This document shows, piece by piece, positions 44,914 through 56,754 of a stretch of DNA of 64,000 nucleotides (position 1 is its first letter; each line of letters opens with the position of its first letter). Below the pieces are notes generated by a model, which worked only from the letters and a program-made list of their open reading frames with translations, did no database searches and had not been told where the DNA came from. The position numbers and the translations under genes were made by a program. Source of the DNA: Eukaryota sp. TZLM1-RC (taxonomy: Eukaryota; Protista; Metamonada: BaSk clade); NCBI GenBank assembly GCA_040285825.1, contig JAUPSS010000004.1, positions 3,789,658-3,853,657 on the forward strand, in the 5' to 3' direction.

Positions 44914-45345
44914 TCAAACAAATTGAGGATGTTTAAGTATTTCTACAAGAATCCTAATTGACCAGAAATAACTAATAAACAGTGCAAAAAACAACCCTAT
45001 GGCTAACGTTGAATGGAGATAGCCCTTTGCATAATTGACTATAGCCAGAACAAGAACGACAGTGGTCATTATCAAGTTAACAAAGGTCCACGATCTAAGA
45101 GATTCCGGCATCCTCCGTTCCAAGAAGAGTCCCAGTTGAAGGAATACTAAAGAATGAAGCGTTAGTCCAATGAACAAGCTCACTATTATGCAGATGTCTG
45201 TCAAAGAAGACGGTATTGCTTTTCCCACTGCAAGTACAGCAATATTAATGCCATGAACTAAATTGTAAACAATGATGAATAGCCCAAAGAAGAGAAAGCA
45301 GGATGTCCTCAAATGGAAGACAACTTCATCTATATAGTTAGACAT
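44914..45345 (-). CDS. Hypothetical 4-TM membrane protein
   Basis: Hydrophobic ORF, first ATG at 45345. Confidence 0.55.
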   Translation of the reverse strand: MSNYIDEVVFHLRTSCFLFFGLFIIVYNLVHGINIAVLAVGKAIPSSLTDICIIVSLFIGLTLHSLVFLQLGLFLERRMPESLRSWTFVNLIMTTVVLVLAIVNYAKGYLHSTLAIGLFFALFISYFWSIRILVEILKHPQFV

Positions 45346-47909
45346 TGACCAAATTGTCAAAACACATGAGATGATTTTTGCTTTGAAATCTGCGAACTGA
45401 TAAGATGATTTCTGTGACTATAGCCCTATGCCCATCATATCTATGTTGATCAAAGGAATCAGCATAATCACCATCACCATCAACATAAACAGTTCTATTC
45501 AATTCTTCAATTACTTCAAATCATTTACCACCTCCCCATTTTAGAACTCGACCTGCATGGGTCAAGGCAAATGAACATTCAAAGGCGTGATAAACTTCCC
45601 TACTGTTACAAGCGATTTCTTTAATTGTAATTGTCATTGATCGATTTTAGACATATTGAACCATTTTAATTAATGATTTTGTACTTTCCTAACTACAGTT
45701 GACCTTTTTGATACTAAATTCAGCAGCATCACTGATTCTAAAACTTTCACAATTACGATTTCTGACTTAGATATTGTTCACAATGTCACAACAATTGATT
45801 TGAGACAAACAGAAATCATTAACTGCTGTGTAAGACCTGTTTTTAAATCTATTGATTCTACAATTATGATAAATGATTTAAATGTATCACATCCTGATAC
45901 TTTTAGTGGTTCATTATTTGATGTTCCCGATAATTCCGTATTATCGTCAGGTAACATCAATACTTCATTGAAATCTTCTACTTCTGATGCTGTAAGGTTA
46001 CACATATGACAACAATGAAGATAAGGAATATTTATTTAAACTCAATGTCCCTTATAAAGGCAATCACTAGTGAAGTCTATACTAGACTAATTGTCCACAG
46101 TACAACACCACCTTTTTCCTCTCTTAGATCATGTCTGCCATAGATTTCAATGTAAAGAAATATTATAAGTTATATGTTAAAAGGTTCATTAACAATATCA
46201 TTGGAAAACAGCACTGGATTGCACAGAAATTATTTCAATAATAATTATTTATTTTGCAAGAATTAAATTGTATGCAACCTCAAAAATTATTGAACTGTTA
46301 TAGACTTTTTTTTGGAAATTATCAACAATTAGATGGTTTTAGGGGAGCGAGATGTTTTTCAACTTTCGAAATTTTGATACACCTTGTGTTGTTTATTTTT
46401 CACAAGAAGTGTCTAGGTAGTTCGATGATTCCGCTACCAATGCGGGTTTTGAAACAACCGATTTTTGATTGAAGCAGGCATTGTTTAAATAATGGAAATG
46501 ATGCTTCTGTGGATCGTCAGTAGCTGCAAAGCAGTCCTTGTGTTCTTCTTTGGTTGATGTCAATTCTGAAACACTTGAAAAACTTCAGAAGTGACAGACT
46601 CAAAAACATTTTGTCCCAAGCGTGATATTTTTACTTTTTGAAGCAAAATTCCATTTTCTTCAATTCAGGTTTACAAAGCTATATCGAAATTGACAAAAAA
46701 AGCTGCAGGTCCATCTGGAATTATTTTACCCACTTGAAGTGGAGTGTTTTAGTGCCCTTGAACTTGCTGATCACCTTGACAATTATCGACAATTAATTAT
46801 TTTGAAGATCAATCTTCCATTTGAATTACCAGCCACACGTTTGATTGTTTGATTTAAATGATGAAATAAAATTAAACCTAATTCCATACCGTTAGAGAAT
46901 CGCTATCTCGTTTGTTTGTTTCGATTGTTTTTGTCGTGTCAAAGACAAAGCTTCTTAATATTCAAATCCTCATCAATTTTGAATAAAAACCATTGACAGT
47001 GCTTCTATTACTGCATTTGCCTTTGGCACAATTTTTGATTTATAAAATTAAGACTTTACTTTTAATTTTGACTTCAAAAATGACTTCAATTCTGTTAAAC
47101 GAACAGCAATATTTGATGTTATTAAATCCGATTGTTCTGAGCTTTCCAATTATTTATCAATTTTATGGTAAAGACTGTGAGTTAATTTTTGATTTATTTA
47201 CTGTAAAATTACGCTCTTTGTGTAAAACAAAGCAATCCATCAGTCTCTCTATTGTTTTTTTTAGTTACTCACAAAACTGTAGATATCATCAAGCAAAAAT
47301 ACTCTTCTCTTAAAATAGTTGCATATATGCGTAAATGATACTTCTCTTATTAGTTCATTTAATTTACTGTAATTGGCAGCTCAGGAAGTTGCCGTTTCAC
47401 AAGAAATTATTGGGCTTCATATAGATGAATATATATATGTAGAATAAACGCCTTGTAATTGGCTAATCTTTTCAAGACCTTTTGACTTATGAATCTGCTG
47501 TTATTTTTACTAATTATAGTAGTGAAGCTTTCGAATCTCTTGGTTGCTGGGTAGCAAGGTGCTTCAGATTCTGAATGAATAATAAGCAATTTTGGAAAAA
47601 TAAAAATTGAACTTGATTTAATTTCTTCTTTAGATTTAGAAAAACATATCAACTTTTTGATGCTTAAAATTCATAATACTGGACGAATAACCCATACTTT
47701 GAGATCTTGTGCTCCTTCCATCGCATTGGATTTTTCTCGTTCTTTTGATTTTTTGAGGACAGAGTCGTTTGCTGACTTATTGGATGTAGCTCCAGGAATG
47801 AATGTTGAAAAATCACTTATTTTCCGTAGTAAATTTTGAAGGTATTTGATTTACAACATCCTCTATATTGCCCTTTTGTTGTGTGGAGGAAAATATTTTT
47901 ATAAAACTT

Positions 47910-48126
47910 ATTCTTGAGTACCTGAACATTGTCAATTAATTGATCAAAATACCAATCCATATTTGAATTGGTTATTTTTTTAACTCAAAAGATTGCCACT
48001 CCAAATTTGGACCAAATTTTTCCCCCAATCAATTCAAGAAAATATAAACCGTTCTCTTTCTAATTTGCAGATTTGATGTAGAAAAAATTGAGCAAAAATG
48101 TAGAAAATTTGAAAGCTTGGATTTTG
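47910..48126 (+). mobile_element. Short RLE retrotransposon family B-like fragment
   Basis: ccaaatttggaccaaat..caattcaagaaa..tttgaaagcttggattttg matches about 5015-5150. Confidence 0.65.
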
Positions 48127-49562
48127 CAGAATTAAGTGGACATAACAATGTAACGAAAAAGTTTGATAGTTTACTTTTATGGAACACTCCTAATATTCAT
48201 AATTATGCTGATAGTCAAAAGACTGAAGACAAAATTGTCAATAAATTAGTGATGACGACTGGTGCTAAAGACAAAGTAGTGTTGTGTATGGGTTACATGA
48301 TTGATTAACCAATTAATAATCCCGAGTCTTTGAACATAATGGATTAGATCTGTCATTAGCCGGGTTGCAAATTGTGTTAATAAAAAAACCACACTTCGAG
48401 AAAATACCCATTTTGCTTTGAAAAAGTGTTCGAAACATAGATTACAACAAAGAATCCAATTCGTAGAAGGGCTGAAAAACTCCATTGAAAGCCCCTATTG
48501 ACCTACGAAAATGTAAAAGTGTAGGTATCTCACTAGTGAGTACCTTAGTTTGTATTATATAAGTTTAAATAAATTCTTTTTATCCTGACCCGCCTTACCT
48601 AAACCTTTATACTAACACATACAGCTAGCATGCCTATCGGCAACAAAAGTGATCAGTGTACTAATGACTGGATTTGTAGGCTTATAGCCAATGTAGATAG
48701 TCATTAGTTAATTAGTTTACAGTATCACGTGATGCCACGTCATCACCTGTTTATCTAGAAAAAGACTTACTTTCCTCTGATTAATTTCGTTCCTTGTGAT
48801 GAACCCCGGTTTCGTCATGTACCGTTTATACAAGGATTCATGATCCATGCGAAACCCACATTTTCGAATCAACGATACACTAAAATTAAGATGCAGAAAT
48901 AAAGAGACTGAAGAATCAGTCAAAGCAAAGCATTGGAACAAAAAGAAAATGGCTTGTTTGAATATTTTCGTTATTTTGGAACGTTAATTGCATGGTGAAG
49001 AAGAGAGACGGAAAATCTCAGAAATTAGTACTTTCATTACTGAATATTCCTAAAAAAATTTAAATCCTCATCAATTTGGAATCAAAACAATTTCATTACT
49101 GACTAGTAAAATCTAGGCACAGTGGGCATAGTTGGCACAGTTTTCATGTCCATGGTTGACATGTCTCATGGTACTACTAATTTGCTTGTTTCTAAATTCT
49201 GTAGTTATGTTAGCTTTAAAAATGAAAATTATGTTTTTGGAATAAGAAAACCAACTGTCACTGTTTTCGAGCTTTTGCACGATGACACGGAAATAAGAAG
49301 TTAATTTATTAAAATCAAGATGTTGGGTATTAAACACTGAGAAATAGATGTTTTATTATTCATTAGGAATAGTGTTGTTAAATAAATTCGAACCGTTATG
49401 ACCTGCCGTGGGCGATTGTTTTTTTAACTATTCGTGGTGTAACATCCACGGTTATGTTGTTCAACGACTCGTCACGTGACGGTTCGAGTCATTTGTTGTT
49501 ATATAATATAACTTATATCATTGTTAACGGTACCTTTACTTCACGATATTGAAGCCATTGTG

Positions 49563-51476
49563 ATGCTCACGGAGGTCTTCTTCTTGATCCGCTCGTCCTT
49601 CCATGCGGCCACTCATTTTGTTCACATTGCATCACAACCTGGATTGAACTCAATCCTTCATGTCCCGGATGCCGTAAACCTGTTGACCGAAGCAAGCTTG
49701 TCCCTAAATACAGGCTTAATGAACTCATTTCGCCCTTCTAAAGCCCAAGGAGATTCCATACTCCCAACTGCATGATCTCTCCCTGTTGTCCCGTACTGCC
49801 ACGGCAACCCTCGAATCTGGAATTTTTAAGGGTAGACCAATTGTCTACAAGCAGCTGTATTTCTCTTAAGAAAACCTAAGCCAAGTGCGACAAGCAGTTA
49901 CTAGAACCTACCAGACGTTCAAGGCCTTGGAGGATCCTGGCAACGTGGTCACCCTACTAGGAATCACACTCGATCCTCCTGGAATCGTTCAGGAGAAACT
50001 TTCATGCTCCCTCCAGTCTTTCCTTAAGATACAACGGCCATTGTCAGTTAAGGAAGCTCTCATCATAGCAGATGACGTTGCTATGGGACTAATGTCGTTT
50101 CATCAAGCTGGCTTTGTTCACAGAGACGTATCTCCTGGCAACATCATGTTGAAGGTTAGAGCGAACGAAGTTACTGGTGCCCAATTGGGTGACTTTGATG
50201 ATGCTAGAATGCAGGAAGTTTCTTTGACGCAGAGCACCTTGGGAACCATTGCTTACATAGCTCCTGAAGTTTTGATGGGAAACAGTCCAAAATCCCATAC
50301 AAAATCTGATGTTTTTGCCCTAGGAGTCTTTTTTTGGTCCATTTTTAGTAACAAAGATCCATCGAAAATGTGTAGTCATCATGCTGCAATGCAGGTGTTG
50401 AGGGTAAAGCAGGAGGGTGCTGCTTTAATTGATTTAGATATATCATATCCATCCATCAGAAAATTGGTCAAATCAATGACCTCTCTCAATTCTAACACAA
50501 GACCTTCAATTGGTCAAGTAGTCGATCAATTGACCACCTTTTCTGATCATTTTGAGTTCAAAATGAAAGCAAATCAGTCAGGTAATGCACCTAATCCGAA
50601 TGGACAAAATGATGGAAATTTATTCAATATTTATGTAAAAATTATGGTAACTGGTAAGACCTTAAAATTGAATGTTCGAGCAAGTGACACAGTGGAACAC
50701 GTCAAAGTCTTTGTGCAGGAACATGAGGGAATTCCACCATGTGAGCAACGTTTGATCTTTGCTGGCAAACAGTTAGAAGCAAAGAGAACATTGAGGGATT
50801 GTAATATTCACAGTGAATCAACTTTACACTTGGTCCTCAGACTCAGAGGTGGCAAGCCCATCATCATCTTTCGTCCACCTGAAGGGAGAGAATGGAAGAT
50901 TGTTCAAGTAGCCCTTTCCCTGGATCTAAATTATGGTCGTTCACCCATGTTTACCCGTACCCAGCGCAAACAGATCCGGTCAGTATTCGTTGGAATCCCT
51001 TTGACGTCTCCCATGATGGAACTCTTTTGTTTACTGACCATGCTCCTGTTTCTTCCCTCTTTTGGGAATCGGAAAGTGTTACTGGTGTGGAGTTATTCCA
51101 GCACCAGTTTCTACAATCGACTGTTGTAGAATCTTCCAAGGCTGCACTGGTTCTTCACGAAAACTTGATCCAATTTGGTTTTAAAGTCCAAGAAGCCACA
51201 GAAATGGTCACTAACTGGCAGCCCAGAATGGAAAACCTTTCTACAGAACGAGTTGAACTTGCTTTTATCGATCCCATTTTGGTCCAGGCGGTTGCCAAGC
51301 TGGAAATCAATATCAGTAATATTGACACTCCCTTTATCTACCGTTATTTCTTGGTTTTTCGCTCAACAACCAAGGAATGTAATGATTTTGCAATGTTTAA
51401 TCCATGTAAAGGCAAGTTTGCCGTGGACGGAAAGAGCAATTGTGTGTTTGAATGGGGAGGTATGTGCTTAAATTAG
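49563..51476 (+). pseudogene. Protein kinase - ubiquitin - KPxI-type domain fusion, disrupted
   Basis: [29 protein letters not shown]; ubiquitin-like [24 protein letters not shown]; then [20 protein letters not shown]; stop near 49868 and frameshift near 50925. Confidence 0.8.
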
Positions 51477-52294
51477 TTTGTAAGGTTTGTCTGTATATAC
51501 AGGATTTTGTGCAGTAGTTGTACTTTGCTCCGAGTTTTCCACAAATCTAACCAAGATGTCTAGTAAATGTTGCAGCATTTATAACATCATATTATACGTT
51601 TCAATCAGGAATTGTTCATTTTATGCTCTTTTAGTTTTCAAAAAAGGTGGTAATGCAGACAAGTCGCTCAGTGCAAAAACATTATTCAATTGTTACTTGG
51701 ATCTTGATAGCTGATTCGTTCAAAGTGTTGCCTTAAGTCGGACAGTTGTAATAAAGTTGATTTATTTTTTATTGATATTATACAAACATTAAGGGCACAA
51801 CCACTGCTGCTTACCTTTTCAAAATCATTCTGCCTATATAAAAATTAAACTAAACTATATATTAAACAATGATCTAAACAAATATACTGAGAATTAGCGA
51901 CGCTTCCTAGTTCCATTGCCACGTCCAGGCCATTTAGGGGCCGTGCACTCAGGAAGTTTTCATTAAGTTGACTTTTGGTACGTTTGGTGGTATTTTGGAT
52001 ATAAAAAATCCACTCATAATTTTTCATTAATTTATTCAACAAGCTTATGTTCATAGAAGTGCATTAATATAAGCGTTGTCAATCAAATCAATTGAAATCA
52101 CTGATGGTGTTGCTTTTGATACAGCATCTTTTAGATCTGGGTAGGGAATTTGGTATTATTATAAAACATTACCATGCTTCCCACAGTCATCAAACAACAC
52201 TTCACGTTTTATTAATCTTTTTGACCGTTTTGTTTCGTTTTTTGTCATATTAACTGTGAATTGAAATACATTGGGAAAAAATATTTATTTACAC

Positions 52295-54142
52295 TTAAAG
52301 AAACCCCATCAAACAATTGATCTTATCTAGAGCTCTCTTGACTTCAGGTCTGATTTGGATAATGTCCTCTTGTTGTGGACCTAAACTAATAACCAAATGC
52401 TCCAATAATGACTTTAAAGACAACTTCCTTAGCGACTGTTGCATTGAGATTGGTTTGGCCTTCAATAGCTTAATTAACACGGTACACAGAGCTGCCAAAA
52501 CATGCGCATTTACTGAATGGTCTTTGAGCAGCTCCATAAACAATTCAGATACCACATCTGGTGACACGTCATCCCAATACACTTCAGCATTGACTTCCAA
52601 GGTAACAGAAAACGTTTTACAGGCAGCCCGGATTACGGAAGGATTACAAGGGAGAGTTGCATGCAGAGCTCTCAAAACCGCCTCTACTGGCTTATACTGT
52701 GATAACAATGATGTATTTGGTGAATGCAACAGACTCCATAATGCCCAGAGCACCGCTTCTGTCACCTGATACTGACGCTCTACTCTACCTTCGTTATTCG
52801 GAAGGTGTAGCAAGAGGGAATCAACTGCATTATTAGAAAGAAAAGACTCACGAAATTCGAAATTGTTGAGCGCCAGGCTGACAATGGCATTAGCAGAAGC
52901 CTTGGTTACTGAATTAGACTTTGATATTGGATTTAAGCACTTGACCAAGATGGGGATAACTTCAAATACCGCCTCCTTCATTTTATCCTTGTCTAAATAC
53001 TTGAAAAGAACGAATCTGCGGACAATATACAATTCCAACTTTCGAACAAAATTCAGTAAATCACCCCTAGAGGTTGAATTGATCACGTCATATAGGTCAA
53101 AATCTTGAGGACTTTCCCTAACTGTATCATCAGCAGTCACCATAGCCTTGTCTACCTCAACTGAAAGTCTTGATAATTCACCTTCAAGTTGAGCAATTCT
53201 CTCCAATAACGAAGGACATTGTACACAACCCCCCTCTTCACTCGCTGTCTGAAACTGTTCTATTTGTAAATTTAAATGTCTGATCTTATCATCTTTTGCT
53301 GAGCAACTACTTTTGGTAATTTCCAATTCATTCCTGAGAGCTGAAAGCTGATTTTGCATGTACGGTAACTCTTGACATTGATCGTTTAACTTTGAGTTAC
53401 GCAATTCTTTATTCTTTATAGTTTGTTGTAAATTAGCAATTAATTGGTCTTTCTTGACCAGACAGGTTCGATTCTTGTGTAGTTCTTGCTCCAGATGTTC
53501 TAGCTTTGACCTTAAATCAAGGTTCTCTTGGTTAATACGTTTGAGATCATCTTCCATCATTTTTTGATTGACTGGAGCTTGATTACTAGTTTCTAACCCC
53601 CTTCCATTGAGACAAGGTGACATGGCAGTCGGGCTTCCAATAAGAGGTTTCTTCTCCGAAACAGAATCCACTGAAAGAGATAAGGATGGTGAAGCTTTGA
53701 TCTGCCCGAACCAACTACCAGTGCCCACAGTAGAAAAGGACTCGGAGTAGGGACTTGCAATAGATATTGTGTGGGATTCAGTGGATTGGATGGCATGCAT
53801 GAGGCTCTCTTGAACATCGAGTGGTTGCTCCATGATCATTTCGATGACTTGTTCCTTTTGGGGGGATTGAACAGCAATGGCGATAACCCATGGAAGTAGA
53901 AGGAGGGATGAGGAGGCAATGCGATTCAGGGACACTTGTTTTCCAAGCATTTCGTAATAAAGTTCAATGGCAGAAGATAGTTGTTCCTCCTTGAGGTTGG
54001 TGGAGAATTGGTTGGGGGCGACTGCATGAAGTACCGATATGAGATAACTGCCGTCCAATTGAGACTTATCAAAGTTTGACACAGCAAGGATTTTTGAAAG
54101 TAATGAAAGACACGCATCAAGTTCTTTATCAGAAAAGTCCAT
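52295..54142 (-). CDS. HOOK-like N-terminal domain, coiled coil and ARM-like C-terminus
   Basis: LDGSYLISVLHAVAP..IAIAVQSPQKEQVIEMIM..VQESLMHAIQ; C-terminal ANAIVSLA and AVLWALWSL repeats. Confidence 0.7.
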   Translation of the reverse strand: MDFSDKELDACLSLLSKILAVSNFDKSQLDGSYLISVLHAVAPNQFSTNLKEEQLSSAIELYYEMLGKQVSLNRIASSSLLLLPWVIAIAVQSPQKEQVIEMIMEQPLDVQESLMHAIQSTESHTISIASPYSESFSTVGTGSWFGQIKASPSLSLSVDSVSEKKPLIGSPTAMSPCLNGRGLETSNQAPVNQKMMEDDLKRINQENLDLRSKLEHLEQELHKNRTCLVKKDQLIANLQQTIKNKELRNSKLNDQCQELPYMQNQLSALRNELEITKSSCSAKDDKIRHLNLQIEQFQTASEEGGCVQCPSLLERIAQLEGELSRLSVEVDKAMVTADDTVRESPQDFDLYDVINSTSRGDLLNFVRKLELYIVRRFVLFKYLDKDKMKEAVFEVIPILVKCLNPISKSNSVTKASANAIVSLALNNFEFRESFLSNNAVDSLLLHLPNNEGRVERQYQVTEAVLWALWSLLHSPNTSLLSQYKPVEAVLRALHATLPCNPSVIRAACKTFSVTLEVNAEVYWDDVSPDVVSELFMELLKDHSVNAHVLAALCTVLIKLLKAKPISMQQSLRKLSLKSLLEHLVISLGPQQEDIIQIRPEVKRALDKINCLMGFL

Positions 54143-54584
54143 AGAATAAGCAATAGACGGTGAAGCTTAGAGGAGGATATCAAACAGTTTGGCTCTTACT
54201 TAGCAATAAAAGCCGGCATCACTTCAATTTACTATCAGTTGAAAGTAACAAAATATATAGCCATTGACAGAACATCATTGTGTGTAAGATGAAAAATGGA
54301 TAGACCTTGCCAGTTCTAAAATTTCAGACTTCAATTTTAATTTTCGTTTTGTGTACATAATTATAAAATCCTTCTTCACCACACCACTTCTTTCACCAAA
54401 AACTATTGTTTTTACCAACACTTGCACGAACACTATAATAAAAGATGATTCGATAATATTTGATTTTGGAACTATCAGTTATGTGGTGAGTATTAGCACT
54501 TTTAGTTCCAGTTTAAATTACCTAAAATACTACCATCACTAAATGAATAACACTTCTATTTCATCTTATCTATCTAATCTTTCT

Positions 54585-54830
54585 TCTTTGCTCAGTTCTT
54601 TAGGTAAGACTGCTTTGGCTTTCCTTAAGGATTTCAAAGTAGTTGTAAAGAACACGGCTGGGTGATTTTCAATCGTGTTTACTGGCAAAACAAGATTGTG
54701 TTTGCAATTTATAGGGGAATGTTGAAATATATTTCTGATTCAGTTTCTTCCTTTGGTCCATTTGCAAAGTATTTAGTACTTAACTCTTTCGATGTTGGAG
54801 AGGCAGATGACTATGTGGAGCCTTAGTTGT
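54585..54830 (+). mobile_element. RLE retrotransposon family D, 3' fragment
   Basis: Similar to 56420-56666. Confidence 0.7.
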
Positions 54831-55724
54831 CTATTTGATATTTTATTTTTATTCCTTGCTTGATATAATACAATTCTACAAGTTTCTAATTCAAATCAGT
54901 AACTGAGTTTTTTCTAAATCAATGAAAAGATTTTGGCACACTCTAAATGAAGATATCCAATAATGTCAAAATATTTGATTAACCGTTCTTATTGCTGCTC
55001 TCTATCTTTCATTTGGAATTTTGAGTTATTGAAATTCTAGAACAATTCCATGTGTTTCTGTATAGGAATTCTTACTGTCAGGGGAACGGCTCATTTTCAT
55101 TGATGGATAGGTTGTGTAAATTTATTGATTCAAGAGTGTCATGGTTGTTGTGTCATGGTAGTAACGAAATTTTGAACTGATGAATTGATAAGGGAATTGG
55201 TGCTATTGTATTGTCAAAACGTGTTTCAGGAACTTCACCAAAATCAGAAAGACTTAGAGGGAAGATCTTGATTCATTTTATCAACTTCCGATAATCTCAA
55301 ATCACAACTTCAGTTGAAGAGATTCATCTAAAACTCAGGAAAAGGAAGTGGATATGGAGGTGGGGTAGCGCCAGAAGGAGACCTAGCAGAGGTGCAGCTG
55401 AAGGGGGTGGCGCAGCTTGGGATGGACGATCTGCAATAGACTCGAGTTTAGACTCAAGAATAGCCAGTAGTGCCTCTAAACACTGTCTTTTGTTAGTTTA
55501 TTTTATGGGATCCAATGTTTTATAGACAATGTGTGAGCACACTGAACGAAACCTATAATCTCTATAATAATAAAGCCAACAATTCCAAAAAATTACTGGC
55601 GAACTCAGATATAATTGAACGAGGAGCAAAAGGTTCTTCGTCAGAGAGAGAGAAAAAAAAATGGGAAGGAAGAAACGGGTGTTGTGACTTCCCTTGGTAA
55701 CATGTTTGGACTGAAACCAACAAA

Positions 55725-56031
55725 ATGCTGATGACAGAGGTAATGTATACTGAGATTGGATTGAGAACTCCGAAGCTGTGGTTGACTTTGTCTCTTGTAA
55801 TGTTGCAAATGACATTTTGGTTCAAAGAAGAAAATTTAATCCCGTAGATACTTTTGAATTCAAAGCCAAAGAAAAACATAGAAAATATGACAAAGATATC
55901 GAAGAAGCTAATGCTGATAGAAATAGACCACTTGTTTTATTGCTTTCCCATTTTCGATAAACGGAAGACTATCGGCAGAAGCAGGGACTTCCTTGTGTGA
56001 TTTCCAAAAAATGGTTCAAGTAAAAACAATG
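55725..56031 (+). mobile_element. RLE retrotransposon family A fragment
   Basis: VDFVSCNVANDILVQRRKFNP..KYDKDIEE. Confidence 0.8.
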
Positions 56032-56700
56032 ATTTCATTACGTTCAGAAGTAAAGTGCATAATAACGTCAGGGACCAAATTTATGTAATGTGCAAATCAT
56101 ATCGAGTAGATTCCTTTTTAGAACCGCTGTTATCAAAATTAATTCTTGATGATCCCAATATTGATAGTACGCGTTACAACAGAGTTTCTATGCGTCTGAC
56201 AAGAGGTGATCTAGTTGTTCCTGGTTTAAATGGTAGTTTTACTATTTTGGACGCCATGTCTATTGACCCTTGTAATTCCTCTAGCGAACATCTCATTAAC
56301 TCAGATGTAAATAATCCTCTTCTTGCAGGCGAAAAATATAAAATTGCTAAATATGCGAAATTTATTTCCTCGGTTAATGAAAATTCTCATGCCCAATATA
56401 ATTTATGTCCCTTTGTTTTTTCTTTGCTTGGATCTCTAGGTAAGGCTGCTATGGCTTTCCTTGAGGATTTTGTTGTAGTTGTAAAGGAAAGAACTGGAAG
56501 AATTTTCAATCGTGTTTACTGGCAAAACAGGATTGTATTTTCTATTTTTAAGGGAATGGTAAAACTAATTTCTGATTCACTATCTGCTTTTGGGAAATTT
56601 TCTGAATCTTTAGCAATTAATTGTTTTGAAGTAGGGGAGGCAGGTTTTGAGGATGTGGAGTTTTAATTGTGTATTTCATATTTGTTGTTGAATAAAAATA
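56032..56700 (+). mobile_element. RLE retrotransposon family D, C-terminal endonuclease region (open ORF 56055-56666)
   Basis: RSKVHNNVRD, LEPLL, TRGDL, LDAMSIDP, EKYKIAKY, PFVFSLLG. Confidence 0.85.
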
Positions 56701-56754
56701 AGAAAGAATTTAGCATAAATAGAAAAAACAATGATATAGATTCGATATCTTTTG

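Noticed and set aside
45400-47900. Short ORFs in an AT-rich region
   Set aside because: Look like decayed fragments; no product can be supported.
55000-55500. Pro/Ala-rich minus-strand fragment, possibly gag-like
   Set aside because: Multiple stops and no identifiable domain.
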